NCBI GenBank assembly: GCA_965248355.1
Contig: OZ252098.1
Coordinates: 4,864,001 to 4,928,000 of the forward strand
Source of the DNA: Candidatus Latescibacterota bacterium
GTDB lineage: Bacteria; Latescibacterota; UBA2968; UBA8231
Length of the DNA stretch: 64,000 bases
Reading direction: 5' to 3'
The position numbers and the translations under genes were made by a program. This document shows positions 40,579 to 50,067 of the stretch, in pieces (the first letter of the stretch is position 1; every line of letters starts with the position of its first letter). A model generated the notes under the pieces. It ran no database searches and had not been told where the DNA came from. It was given only the letters and a program-made list of their open reading frames with translations.

Positions 40579-41328
40579 TCAGTACAGGCTCATCAATCCT
40601 TCGGCACCCTTGATCCGCTTGTTCTCGAAGCCCGGACTGAGCCATCGCGCGTGCGACTCCCGCCCCGGATTGCGGTAGGCATAGACCACGCACCACCGTG
40701 TGTCGCTGCCTTCCTTGCGCGGATTGACTCCATGGGCCGCATGGGTCCACATCAACACCACCGTCCCCGGGGGCACCGAGAGCTCCTCGACGCGGAGCGG
40801 CTGGCCGCTGGCCGGACGCACCTTCCCGGCCAGCCATCCCTGGGCCAACGCGGCGTCGGAGTCCGCGTTGATGGCCGGGTCTCGATACAGCTGGCTGCCC
40901 GGCACCACCTTCAAGCCGCCGTCGTCGGCCGCGAAGCCATTGACGTAGAAGAACACGCGCACGAAACCCAGGGCCGGATCGTCGTCGGCGTACTCGTGGC
41001 TGTGCCACCGGCTCCCCTGGTTGCCCCCTTCGCGGTTCAGCGCCACGCAGTGGTCGTAGCGGATCTCCGGCCCCAGCACCCGGCGCACCAAGTCCAGCAA
41101 CTGGGGGTGGCCGATCAGGCTCTCCAGGTAGGCGTCGAACTCGGCGGAGAAACGCTGGGGGGGATGGTCCTCGTCCTCGCGCGGCATGGACTGGATGCGC
41201 GCCAGGGCCGCGGTCAACTGGGTGGAAGCCGCCTCGGTCAGGAGGCCGGGCAGCGCGAAGTGTCCGTCGCGGTCGAGGAGGGCCCGTTCGTCGGCGCCAA
41301 AGGCAAAAGGGCGAAACAGCGCTTCCAT
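40579..41328 (-). CDS. PhyH-family dioxygenase, HxH variant
   Basis: LDRDGHFALPGLL, WHSHEY, DGGLKVVPGS, VPPGTVVLMWTHAAHGV, RWCV. Confidence 0.82.
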   Translation of the reverse strand: MEALFRPFAFGADERALLDRDGHFALPGLLTEAASTQLTAALARIQSMPREDEDHPPQRFSAEFDAYLESLIGHPQLLDLVRRVLGPEIRYDHCVALNREGGNQGSRWHSHEYADDDPALGFVRVFFYVNGFAADDGGLKVVPGSQLYRDPAINADSDAALAQGWLAGKVRPASGQPLRVEELSVPPGTVVLMWTHAAHGVNPRKEGSDTRWCVVYAYRNPGRESHARWLSPGFENKRIKGAEGLMSLY

Positions 41329-41431
41329 GTCTTTCAAGTCTCCAGTCGAGGCACTCCAGGAGGAGAGCCCTTCGGACTTCGGTGGGCAGGTTCGCGTGCC
41401 CTGTCTATACTCTCGCCGGGAGGAACGCACC

Positions 41432-42223
41432 ATGCCGCTGACGACCGATGAGATGCGCTTCTTCAAGCGCAACGGCTACCTCATCAAGCGGGGCGTGCTC
41501 GACCCCGCGCTCATGGAGCGGGCCCGCGCCCGGCTGTGGGACGGCGCGCCCCCCGGCCGCCGCCGCGACGATCCCGCCACCTGGGTTGGCCCGTTCCGCG
41601 AGGACGAGGAGAATGCCGACCGCGACAACCACCGCCGCGGCTTCCGCTGGAACTTCCGCGAGCCGGGCGTCGAGCCGTGGATGGTGCGCCTGCTGGCCAC
41701 CGAGCCCAAGGTGTGGGCCATGGCCGAGCAGATGCTCGGCGAGGGGCAGCTCGTCCAGCCCGCCCGCATTCGCGGAATCTACTGCACCCTGCCCTACGGC
41801 GACCACCCGCCGCAGGCCCTGGGCTGCCACACCGACGCCCACCCCTTCCACCTCGGCGTGGTCGGCTACATCGACGACGTGCCGCCCGGCGGCGGCAGCT
41901 TCATGGTCTGGCCCGAGAGCCATCGGGCCTTCTACCCGACCTTCACCTCCCAGTACCTCCGCGACCACGACGAGGCCGCCTACGAGAAGGTGCGGGCGGC
42001 CTTTGACCAGCGCACCCCCGTCGACACCCACGGCCAGGCCGGCGACATCGTCTTCTGGCACCACCGCCTCGGCCACATGGCCAGCCCCAACACCTCGCGC
42101 CAGCTGCGCCAGGCCGTGCTCTACGATTTCCTCAAGCAGGATATCGAGCAGACCCGGCAGGAGCCGCCGCAAAAGGACATGTGGCGCGACTGGTCGGACG
42201 AGATGCGCGCCTTGGACATCTAG
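41432..42223 (+). CDS. PhyH-family dioxygenase (canonical HxD...H)
   Basis: GGAGG RBS; FFKRNGYLIKRGVL, CHTD, GGSFMVWPESH, AGDIVFWHHRLGH, N...LRQA. Confidence 0.88.
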   Translation: MPLTTDEMRFFKRNGYLIKRGVLDPALMERARARLWDGAPPGRRRDDPATWVGPFREDEENADRDNHRRGFRWNFREPGVEPWMVRLLATEPKVWAMAEQMLGEGQLVQPARIRGIYCTLPYGDHPPQALGCHTDAHPFHLGVVGYIDDVPPGGGSFMVWPESHRAFYPTFTSQYLRDHDEAAYEKVRAAFDQRTPVDTHGQAGDIVFWHHRLGHMASPNTSRQLRQAVLYDFLKQDIEQTRQEPPQKDMWRDWSDEMRALDI

Positions 42224-42328
42224 CTGATCAGGAGAAAGGACGAGAAAAGTGAATGTTCCGTTGGTTATTTCGGCAACGCTGGCCAGTACGGTATTGTCGA
42301 TGGGGACCGGCGCAGTGAACCGCGTCTC

Positions 42329-42841
42329 TCACACCATTTCCTCGACCAGGGCCCGGCTGGCCGGATCCAGACGCCGGTAATCGGGGATCTCGTAGCGGTT
42401 GCCGTCGGCGTCCTGCACCAGCACCCTGCCACCGTCCAGAACGCGGACGTCGCGGCGACTGGAATAGATCTCGAAAGCGCGGGGTCCCCGGTCGGTCTCC
42501 ACCTCCCAGCGCGGCACTCGATGGGCTGTCGTCACCTTGGCGATGCGCTGAATGCGCGGGGTGAAGTAGGCCCGCTCCAGCTCCTCTTCCACGGCCTGAC
42601 GGCTGGCTGGATCCAGCGCGTCGAGCCGGGCCAGCGAGCCGATCTCCATGCCTTCGCGGTCCTGAACGACGATGAAGCAGTCGTCGGCCGTCAGGGGAAA
42701 GGCCCGCTTGACCCGGACCCTGGCATAGGTCCGGTCCCCGGCCAGATCCAGGTTCAGGTCCTCGAAAGCATCGACGAAAAACCGCGCCGTGTCCGGGTCG
42801 AGATAGGTCACTTCAGCGGCCAGATCACGGCTTTGCTGCAT
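42329..42841 (-). CDS. DUF1854-domain protein
   Basis: VKRAFPLT, EIG....LD.L, EELERAYFTPRI..I, WEVETDRG, DADGNRYEIPD...LD..SR. Confidence 0.85.
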   Translation of the reverse strand: MQQSRDLAAEVTYLDPDTARFFVDAFEDLNLDLAGDRTYARVRVKRAFPLTADDCFIVVQDREGMEIGSLARLDALDPASRQAVEEELERAYFTPRIQRIAKVTTAHRVPRWEVETDRGPRAFEIYSSRRDVRVLDGGRVLVQDADGNRYEIPDYRRLDPASRALVEEMV

Positions 42842-42845
42842 GTCT

Positions 42846-45191
42846 CTACCAGACTCTCAGCCTGGACATTTCGGTTTGCATGCGGCACAGATCCGCGTAG
42901 ATGCCATCCTGCGCAATCAGCTCATCGTGGGTGCCGATCTCGGCGAGTCGGCCCTTTTCGAGGATGAGCAGGCGATGGGCGTTCTTCAGGGTCGACAGGC
43001 GATGGGCGATGGCAAAGGTCGTGCGTCCCTGGACGAGCCGCTCCAGGGCCTCCTGAATCTGCGCTTCGGTCTGGGTATCGACGTTGGAGGTGGCTTCGTC
43101 GAGGATGAGGATGCGAGGGTTGCGCAGAATGGCCCGGGCGATGGACAGCCGCTGCCGCTCGCCCCCGGATACGCGCATGCCGCGCTCGCCGACCAGGGTA
43201 TCGTACCCGTCGGGCATGTCCATGATGAAGTCGTGGGCATTGGCGGCCTTGGCCGCGGCCACGATCTCTTCGAGGGAAGCCTCGGGATGGCCGTAGGCGA
43301 CGTTGTCGGCCACCGGGCCATTGAAGAGGAAGGGATCCTGCAAGACCACGCCGATCTGCTGGCGCAGCGATCGCAGGTTCACCTCGCGGGTGTCCTGGCC
43401 GTCGATGAGGACGGCCCCTTCCTGGGGCTCGTAGAAGCGGCAGATGAGGTTGATCAGGGTGCTCTTGCCGGCGCCGCTGTGGCCGGCCAGGCCGATCATC
43501 TCGCCCGGCTCGACGGCGAAGCTCAGATCCTCGAGGACCGGCTTGTCTTCCTCGTAGCCGAAGTGCACGCCGCGGAACTCGACCCGGCCCTCGATGGGCG
43601 GCATGGTCGCGGCTTCGGCCTGGTCGATGATCTCCGGGTGTGTATCGAGCACGTCGAAGACGCGCTCGGCGGAGGTGGCGGCGTGCTGGAAGCGGTGGTT
43701 GAGGCGGCACAGGCTCTCCACCGGTCCGTAGAAGCGGTACATGTAGCTGGTAAAGGCGACAAAGTCCCCCAAGGTCAGCTCACCGGCCAGGATGTCGCGG
43801 CCCCCGACCCACCAGATGATGATCGTGCCGATGGAGGTCACGAAGGCCATGACCGGGCCGAAGAGGCTGCGCATCCACGCCACCCGCAGCTCGCCCCGCA
43901 GCAGGTCCAGGCTGCGGCCCTTGAACTTGCCCACTTCCCGCCGTTCCTGGGCGAAGGCCTTGACCACGCGCACCCCCGGGATGGTATCGGCGAGGAGGGC
44001 GCTGAGGCCGGCCCAGCGGCGCCACAAAGGCCGGTAGATGGCGTGCAGCTTCCGGCCGAAGCGCAGCGTCGCCCACACCAGCAGAGGCGTCGGCAGCAAC
44101 ACGAGGGCCGCCAGCCCGGGATTGAGCCAAAAAAGGATGATGCAGATGATGACCAGGGTGAGCACATCGCGGATGGCCTCCTGCAGGCCGTCGCTGATGA
44201 AATCCTGCAGGCGGCCCACGTCCTGGGTGACGCTGGCCATGATGCGTCCGGTCTCGTTCTTGGTGTAGTAACTGAGCGACAGCGCGTGGAGATGGGCGTA
44301 GACCTCGTTGCGCAGACCGTAGGTGACGCGCTGGCCGATGCGGGCCATGATATAGCCCCGCAGGGCCGACAGGAGGCTGACAGTGAGGTTGATCCCTATC
44401 AACAGGCCCACCAGCCAGGCCAGGGCGGCCGTCTTGTCGCCCTCGGATACCGGCAGCAGAGCGAGCAGATCAAAGCGCGCCTCGACGTCCGTGGAAGAAG
44501 GGGCACCGGCATTCAGGACATCGTCGACGAGAACCCTCAGCAGCAGCGGCTGGCTCAAGCCGATGGTCGTGGCCACCACCATGAGCGACAGGCTGAAGGT
44601 GATGAGCCGCCAGTGCGGCCTGGCATAGCCCAGCAGCCGGAAGAGCAGCTTGCCCTTTTCCAGGCAGGCCGGGCATACGCCGGAATGGCGCGGAATGACC
44701 TGCCCGCAGCGGTCGCAGCGCTTGCGCCCGGCCCGTGCGCCGGCCAATCGCCCGTGGAGCACCTGGCCGTCGGATTCCCCCGAGCGGGCCTGGCGGACCA
44801 GGCCTTCGACCTGCTCGGGCAGTTCGGACAGCGCCGGCACCAGGCTCTTGGAGAACACGGCCATGGTCGCGCCCCGCTCCGCGGTGCGAACCTTGAGGGC
44901 CGCGGTCCCCAGATCCTCGCGTACTTCCACCCCGCTTATCTCGGCCAGGGGCACGCAGACCGTGTCCGGCGGTCCACCGCTGTCGGGGCTGAAGGCCACC
45001 AGGAGGTCGTCGGTGGCCAGCAGCCACGCCTCGCCGTAGCGGCCGTCGAGCTGGATGTCCGTGGTTACCGCGAGGCGGAACTCTTCGCCGGGGCCGACTA
45101 CCTCGGCCAGCTCGCGCCGGACCCGCGGCGGCACCGTGGCGAGAAGAGACGGCGGCGCGTTTTCGGCCCTGTTGCGGTCAATTCCTGTCAT
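42846..45191 (-). CDS. Fused ABC exporter (TMD+NBD) with N-terminal extension and CxxC..CxxC motif; DUF1854-associated type
   Basis: GHSGAGKS, VSGGERQR, ILDEATS, IAHRLST; CDRCG...CPAC before the membrane domain. Confidence 0.92.
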   Translation of the reverse strand: MTGIDRNRAENAPPSLLATVPPRVRRELAEVVGPGEEFRLAVTTDIQLDGRYGEAWLLATDDLLVAFSPDSGGPPDTVCVPLAEISGVEVREDLGTAALKVRTAERGATMAVFSKSLVPALSELPEQVEGLVRQARSGESDGQVLHGRLAGARAGRKRCDRCGQVIPRHSGVCPACLEKGKLLFRLLGYARPHWRLITFSLSLMVVATTIGLSQPLLLRVLVDDVLNAGAPSSTDVEARFDLLALLPVSEGDKTAALAWLVGLLIGINLTVSLLSALRGYIMARIGQRVTYGLRNEVYAHLHALSLSYYTKNETGRIMASVTQDVGRLQDFISDGLQEAIRDVLTLVIICIILFWLNPGLAALVLLPTPLLVWATLRFGRKLHAIYRPLWRRWAGLSALLADTIPGVRVVKAFAQERREVGKFKGRSLDLLRGELRVAWMRSLFGPVMAFVTSIGTIIIWWVGGRDILAGELTLGDFVAFTSYMYRFYGPVESLCRLNHRFQHAATSAERVFDVLDTHPEIIDQAEAATMPPIEGRVEFRGVHFGYEEDKPVLEDLSFAVEPGEMIGLAGHSGAGKSTLINLICRFYEPQEGAVLIDGQDTREVNLRSLRQQIGVVLQDPFLFNGPVADNVAYGHPEASLEEIVAAAKAANAHDFIMDMPDGYDTLVGERGMRVSGGERQRLSIARAILRNPRILILDEATSNVDTQTEAQIQEALERLVQGRTTFAIAHRLSTLKNAHRLLILEKGRLAEIGTHDELIAQDGIYADLCRMQTEMSRLRVW

Positions 45192-45368
45192 GCAATCAGC
45201 CCATTGGCCTTCAGACGAGGCGCACCAGCCGCAGTTAATGGAATCATTCCCCCTGGCTCGTTCAAACGGGAGCCGGCCCGGGCGGGTTGCTGACGATGGC
45301 CCGAATGCTCCAGGATCTACTATCGCCGCCTGGACCCTCGTGCGTCATCTGGATCGGAGGATCAGGCC

Positions 45369-45545
45369 ATGGCCAACTATGAGAACCTGATCATCCTGGA
45401 CGGGGCCATCGGAACGGAGCTCCAGGCCATGGGCGTGCCCATGCACCCTGCCTCGTAGTGCGGCCCCCGGCAACTACACGCACCCGGCCACGGTGCGGCA
45501 GATGCACGAGCGCTACATCCGGGCGGGGGCCGACATTCTCTGGGC
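45369..45545 (+). pseudogene. Homocysteine S-methyltransferase family 5' fragment
   Basis: LIILDGAIGTELQAMG...(TAG at 45456, frameshift)...HPATVRQMHERYIRAGADI, then truncated. Confidence 0.75.
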
Positions 45546-45589
45546 GGCGCCCTGCCGGCCCGGATCCCGTCGCCGCGAAGAGTCGCCTA

Positions 45590-46718
45590 GTGTCGCGTCC
45601 GACAAATGAGTTGTAAAAACAGAGTCAAGGCCTTATCTTCAGGCCATGGCCCGCCCGGTGTCCCGCCTTGAGTTGACCGCGTCCGAGCGACAGGAGTTGG
45701 AGCGTCGCGTCAGGGCCCCCTCCGCGTCCCAGCGCGACAGCCTGCGCGCGGCCATCGTCCTGCGCCGGGCCGAAGGGATCAAGCAGGTGCAGGTGGCCGC
45801 CGAGTTGGGCGCCAGTGTGGCGTGTGTGAACAAGTGGTCGCAACGCTTTGATCGCGAGGGTTTGGCGGGACTGAACGACGCCAAGGGCCGGGGCCGGCCG
45901 GCGAGCTTGCCGGCGGACAAGGTCGAGCAGGTCCTCACCGCGGTCACGCAGCCGCCGAAGCCGCGCACGCGCTGGAGCGTGCGCTCGATGGGGAAGGCCA
46001 ACGACATCAAGCCCCATTTGACCAAGACCTTCAAGGTCTCCACGGACCCGCACTTCGAGGAAAAATTCTGGGACGTGATCGGGCTCTACCTGGATCCCCC
46101 CGAGCGCGCGCTGGTGCTGTGCTGTGACGAGAAGAGCCAGTGCCAGGCGCTGGAACGGACCCAGCCGGGCTTGCCGCTGGGGATCGGCGACATCCGCACC
46201 CGGACCCACGATTACAAGCGCCACGGTACGATCACCTTGTTCGCCGCGCTCAACTACCTCGACGGCAAGCTCATCGCGCGTCTGGAGGCGCGTCATACCC
46301 ACGTCGAATGGCTCCGCTTTCTCAAGCAGATCGACCGCGAGACGCCCAAGAACCTGTCGCTGCACCTGATCGTGGACAACGCCGGCCCCCACAAGGAGGA
46401 GAGCGTGCAGCATTGGTTGTCTCGGCATCGGCGCTTCCATGTCCATTTCACCCCCACCAGTTCCTCCTGGATGAACTTGGTCGAACGGTTCTTCGGCGAG
46501 CTGACGCAGGATGTGATTCGGGACGGCAGCTTTGCCAGCGTCGGGGAGTTGGTGCGCGACATCGAAGCCTACTTGGCGCAGCGGAACTTGGCCCCCAAAC
46601 CCTACCGCTGGAAGGCCGACGGCGAGACCATCCTGCGCAAGATCCAGCGCGCTCGGGAGACGGTGGCGGCGACATCGGACAGCCCTTGTTGATTCTTCTT
46701 AATTCTCGGACGGGACAC
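45590..46718 (+). mobile_element. IS630-family insertion sequence with duplicated TA target in a CTAG site
   Basis: Left cTAgtgtcgcgtccgacaaat; right end revcomp cTAgtgtcccgtccgagaatt; TA at 45588-45589 and 46719-46720. Confidence 0.92.
45646..46692 (+). CDS. IS630-family transposase
   Basis: HTH with GL.D..GRGRP; DDE triad CDEK, IVDN, WMNLVE; DYKRHGT. Confidence 0.93.
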   Translation: MARPVSRLELTASERQELERRVRAPSASQRDSLRAAIVLRRAEGIKQVQVAAELGASVACVNKWSQRFDREGLAGLNDAKGRGRPASLPADKVEQVLTAVTQPPKPRTRWSVRSMGKANDIKPHLTKTFKVSTDPHFEEKFWDVIGLYLDPPERALVLCCDEKSQCQALERTQPGLPLGIGDIRTRTHDYKRHGTITLFAALNYLDGKLIARLEARHTHVEWLRFLKQIDRETPKNLSLHLIVDNAGPHKEESVQHWLSRHRRFHVHFTPTSSSWMNLVERFFGELTQDVIRDGSFASVGELVRDIEAYLAQRNLAPKPYRWKADGETILRKIQRARETVAATSDSPC

Positions 46719-46749
46719 TAGGCACCTCACATGGAATCCAAGCCACTGG

Positions 46750-46910
46750 TGCTCTACCAGAACACCGCCGTCACCGGCATCCATGTCGCCGACGGGAGGG
46801 TCTCGTCGGTGGAGACGACCGCGGGCGCCATCGAGGCCGAGGTGGTGGTCGGCGCCGCCGGGCCGCAGACCGGGCTGATGGCGGAGATGGTGGGGGTTCA
46901 CGTCCCCGGG
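46750..46910 (+). pseudogene. Internal fragment of an FAD-dependent (DadA/sarcosine oxidase-like) oxidoreductase
   Basis: [49 protein letters not shown] without a Rossmann N-terminus. Confidence 0.65.
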
Positions 46911-46944
46911 GCGCCGGCAAGGGTGCGAATCCATTCTCGGCCAA

Positions 46945-47030
46945 CCCCGGCCGGTCTTGCCGACATGCTGCGCCGCAAGGAAGCAGTCGATGCCGCCGCC
47001 GGAACCTATGTCGAGAACCCTCTCCCCGGG
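46945..47030 (-). pseudogene. Fragment of a class I SAM methyltransferase (ArsM-like)
   Basis: [28 protein letters not shown] motif I only. Confidence 0.65.
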
Positions 47031-47111
47031 GCTGGAGTCGGGGGCATGGGCCAAGCAGTCCCTGGCGGCGGACTGGAAACCCTCACCCGGATTATTGTAT
47101 GAGGTCGTCAA

Positions 47112-47143
47112 GGGGCCGTTTGAACTTTAGGGCGAACGGCCCC
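47112..47143. other. Intergenic inverted repeat (hairpin)
   Basis: ggggccgtt-N14-aacggcccc; no U tract, function unknown. Confidence 0.45.
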
Positions 47144-47231
47144 CGTGAGGCCCGGTTGCCCGGATGCCGATCGAGGAAGGAGACCATGGAGAGCCCATTC
47201 CCCCTTGTGATCATTGAGTAGAGATCAACTC

Positions 47232-47981
47232 ATGCTGCGCTTGCTCACGGTCTTCTTCTACTGCATCGGCCTGGCTCACGCCGCCGACAATCCTCCAGCC
47301 CCCGGCTTCGACGCCGCCGGTTCCGACCCCGAGGCCATCGCCCTGGCCGATGAAGTCATGGCCGCCCTGGGGGGACGCGCCAACTGGGACGCCACACGCT
47401 ACATCACCTGGCGCTTCTTCGGCCTGCGCCTGCACGTGTGGGACAAGTGGACCGGGGACATTCGCTTCGAGCAAGGCGATCTGACCGTGCTGATGAACAT
47501 CCACAGCAGGGAGGGCCGCGCCTTCTCAGCAGGTGTGGAGATCAGCGATCCCGACACCCTCGCGGCCAGGCTCGACCAGGGCTACCGCGCCTGGATCAAC
47601 GACTCGTACTGGCTGGTCATGCCCTACAAGCTGAAGGACACCGGCGTCACCCTGCGCTACCGCGGACCGGAAGCCACCGAGGACGGCCGGCCAGCCGAAG
47701 TGGTGGAGCTGACCTTCGAGGACGTGGGCGTCACCCCGCAGAACAAGTACGCGGTCTGGATCGATCAGGAGTCGCGGCTGGTGACCCAATGGGCGTTCTA
47801 CCGCGAGGCCTCCGACGTCGAGCCGCGTTTCACCGGCCCCTGGACCAACTGGCAGCGCCACGGATCGATCCTGCTCTCCGACGGCCGCGGCGAGCGCGGG
47901 CACACCGGTGTGGCCGTCTTCGATGAGTTGCCGGAGTCGGTGTTCACGAGTTCGGCGCCCGTGGAGTTGTCCCCGCCCTGA
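47232..47981 (+). CDS. Secreted hypothetical protein (DUF6503/LolA-like fold possible)
   Basis: Signal peptide ending AHA; ADEVMAALGG..NW, WINDSYWLVMPYKLKDTGV, VGVTPQNKY. Confidence 0.7.
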   Translation: MLRLLTVFFYCIGLAHAADNPPAPGFDAAGSDPEAIALADEVMAALGGRANWDATRYITWRFFGLRLHVWDKWTGDIRFEQGDLTVLMNIHSREGRAFSAGVEISDPDTLAARLDQGYRAWINDSYWLVMPYKLKDTGVTLRYRGPEATEDGRPAEVVELTFEDVGVTPQNKYAVWIDQESRLVTQWAFYREASDVEPRFTGPWTNWQRHGSILLSDGRGERGHTGVAVFDELPESVFTSSAPVELSPP

Positions 47982-47982
47982 T

Positions 47983-50067
47983 TCAGTCAACCCGCGGGGC
48001 CTTGAAGATGGCGAGGTTGTAGAAATCGATGACGGTGCAGAAGTGATCGTCCACTGGAATCAAGGTATTGGCTGTTCGTGAACTGATGGGGGCAGGCTCT
48101 CCGGTTTCGTCCAGAAGTTGCAGCCTCTTCCGGGGCCGGCTCCAGGACAACACGGTACCGTTCTGGTCCACGCCATAGACCTCGATATGGCCGTCAGGCC
48201 AGGTGGCCAGGGTCCGTGACAGGGCATAGACGACCTCTCCGTCCTGGATCAGTTGGGTGTCCGATCGCCAAGGCAAGTGATCAACCTCCACCGGACGCCG
48301 AGGATCGCCGATGTCGAGCACGGCCAGCTCCCGGGGCCGGTAGCGCGGGACGTACGCCCTTTCCCCGACGAGGGAGATTGGCCCCAGCGCCCGCGGCACG
48401 GGGATCCGGTGGGAACGCTGGCTGCCCATGGGCCCCTTGTTCTTCTCCAGGTATACCAGTTCCCGCCCACCGCCCAGGTCCATGGCGATTTCCGGCAGTT
48501 GAGACAGCTGGAGATAGAAGGCCTCGCTCTCTTGTGCATACTGCTCATACAGCCTGGAGGGTCCGAAGCGCACGGGAGTCCGGCTCAACTCCTTCATGGC
48601 CGCGGGGTCGGTCAGATCCAGGGCGACGAAGTCGTAGCCCAGGGTGCAAAAAGCGTTCTCGCCGGCAATGTGTATCTGCCAGTTGTCGTTCCAGACATGC
48701 CTGGCCGTTTCTGCGATCCGCAGCACCTGCACCGGTTGGGGGAGGCCACCTCTTCTCACGTCGAAGCTGTGGAGCTCGAGGAACTCACTGCCGAGCAGGC
48801 CGGCGTACAGGTAGCCATCCCGGACGCTCCAGGCCGTCAGGCGGGGAGTATGTCTGAGAAAACGGGTGGTGCCCACCTCGAGGACGGGCCCACCTCCTGG
48901 CTGGTGGTCGGACTGGCTCAGACGGGTGGGGTCCGATTCGATGGGATGGAGGAACCGCAGAGTCTGCAGCAGGGGGCGGTCGGGGCGGTTCAGGTCGAAT
49001 ACGGCCACCCCTGCACTGTCCCGCTTCCCTGCCCATCCCCAGACGTAGGCCGTGGAGGCTGAGAGGGCCAGCCTACGCGGTTCAAAACCTGCTATCCCCA
49101 CCCGGCCGATTTCCCTGGGCGCCTGCCGGTCCGTCACATCCACGACACTCAGCCCACGGGTCAGCAGCACGATCGCCATTCCATCTTTGAGCGCCAGATC
49201 CACGACGCTCTCTTCATATGGAAGCCGGCCCACCGGCTCGACCGACTCGTGCTCAGGAGTGGACCACCGCACAGACCCTGCCAGGCAGATCAGGACGAGG
49301 GCACTCATGATCCACGGGAATCGCCGGCTCCCCTGGGTTTGGAAGGTCCGGCAGGTCCATACCAGCACGCAGCCCGCCAGGAGGAATGCTGTGGCGGCCC
49401 GGGAAAACAGCAGCGTCGGGTCGAAGGCCGGTCGCAGGATCAGGCCATCATGGAGACCATTCTCGAGAACCTGCAGCAAGAAGGCCGAGACGGGATCAGA
49501 CAGGTGCTCGGTGCGTATGAATTGGTAGCCAAGAGCTATCAGCAGGCTGGTCCACACGGCCTGGGAGGGGCGGTTGCACAAGGTGGACGAGAGGAACGCC
49601 ACTGAGTACAGGATCAGGTAGAACAGGTACCAGAGCAGCAGCATCCGGCCGTACCCGACATCCCTCAGGACGTCCACGGCGACGAGGTCTTCCAAGGGAT
49701 GCCCGGTCATGCTCCAATCCTCCCAGTGTGGCATCCCGAGGTAGACCCCGGCCCAGTACGCGGCCAGCACTGCAAGGAGCCCCGCGGCCCCGACTGCGTA
49801 CTTCACTCCCAGCAACCAGGCCGTCCTCAGCGGCAGGTTGGACAGAAAGGGCAGGGTCCCCCGGCTGCGTTCACCGGCCACCAGGTCCATGCCCATCAGC
49901 ACGGCGCCGAGGACGCCTACCAGATGGCCTAAGGGCAAGAGGGGAGAGACCCAGTCGATATGGGCTACCCCGGCAAGCAGAGCCAGGCAGGCGCAGGCGG
50001 CGACCCTGCAAGCCGCCGCCCGCCCTTCCTTCCACAGCAGAGCTCGCAGCGTATTCATGACCCTCAT
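47983..50067 (-). CDS. ABC-2-type permease fused to an extracytoplasmic LVIVD-repeat domain
   Basis: ALLWKE, AGERSRGTLPFL..LP, several TM helices; GLSVVDVTDRQAP, VAVFDLNRPDRP, FVALDLTDPAA, LAVLDIGDPRRP. ATG overlaps the ATPase TGA. Confidence 0.8.
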   Translation of the reverse strand: MRVMNTLRALLWKEGRAAACRVAACACLALLAGVAHIDWVSPLLPLGHLVGVLGAVLMGMDLVAGERSRGTLPFLSNLPLRTAWLLGVKYAVGAAGLLAVLAAYWAGVYLGMPHWEDWSMTGHPLEDLVAVDVLRDVGYGRMLLLWYLFYLILYSVAFLSSTLCNRPSQAVWTSLLIALGYQFIRTEHLSDPVSAFLLQVLENGLHDGLILRPAFDPTLLFSRAATAFLLAGCVLVWTCRTFQTQGSRRFPWIMSALVLICLAGSVRWSTPEHESVEPVGRLPYEESVVDLALKDGMAIVLLTRGLSVVDVTDRQAPREIGRVGIAGFEPRRLALSASTAYVWGWAGKRDSAGVAVFDLNRPDRPLLQTLRFLHPIESDPTRLSQSDHQPGGGPVLEVGTTRFLRHTPRLTAWSVRDGYLYAGLLGSEFLELHSFDVRRGGLPQPVQVLRIAETARHVWNDNWQIHIAGENAFCTLGYDFVALDLTDPAAMKELSRTPVRFGPSRLYEQYAQESEAFYLQLSQLPEIAMDLGGGRELVYLEKNKGPMGSQRSHRIPVPRALGPISLVGERAYVPRYRPRELAVLDIGDPRRPVEVDHLPWRSDTQLIQDGEVVYALSRTLATWPDGHIEVYGVDQNGTVLSWSRPRKRLQLLDETGEPAPISSRTANTLIPVDDHFCTVIDFYNLAIFKAPRVD

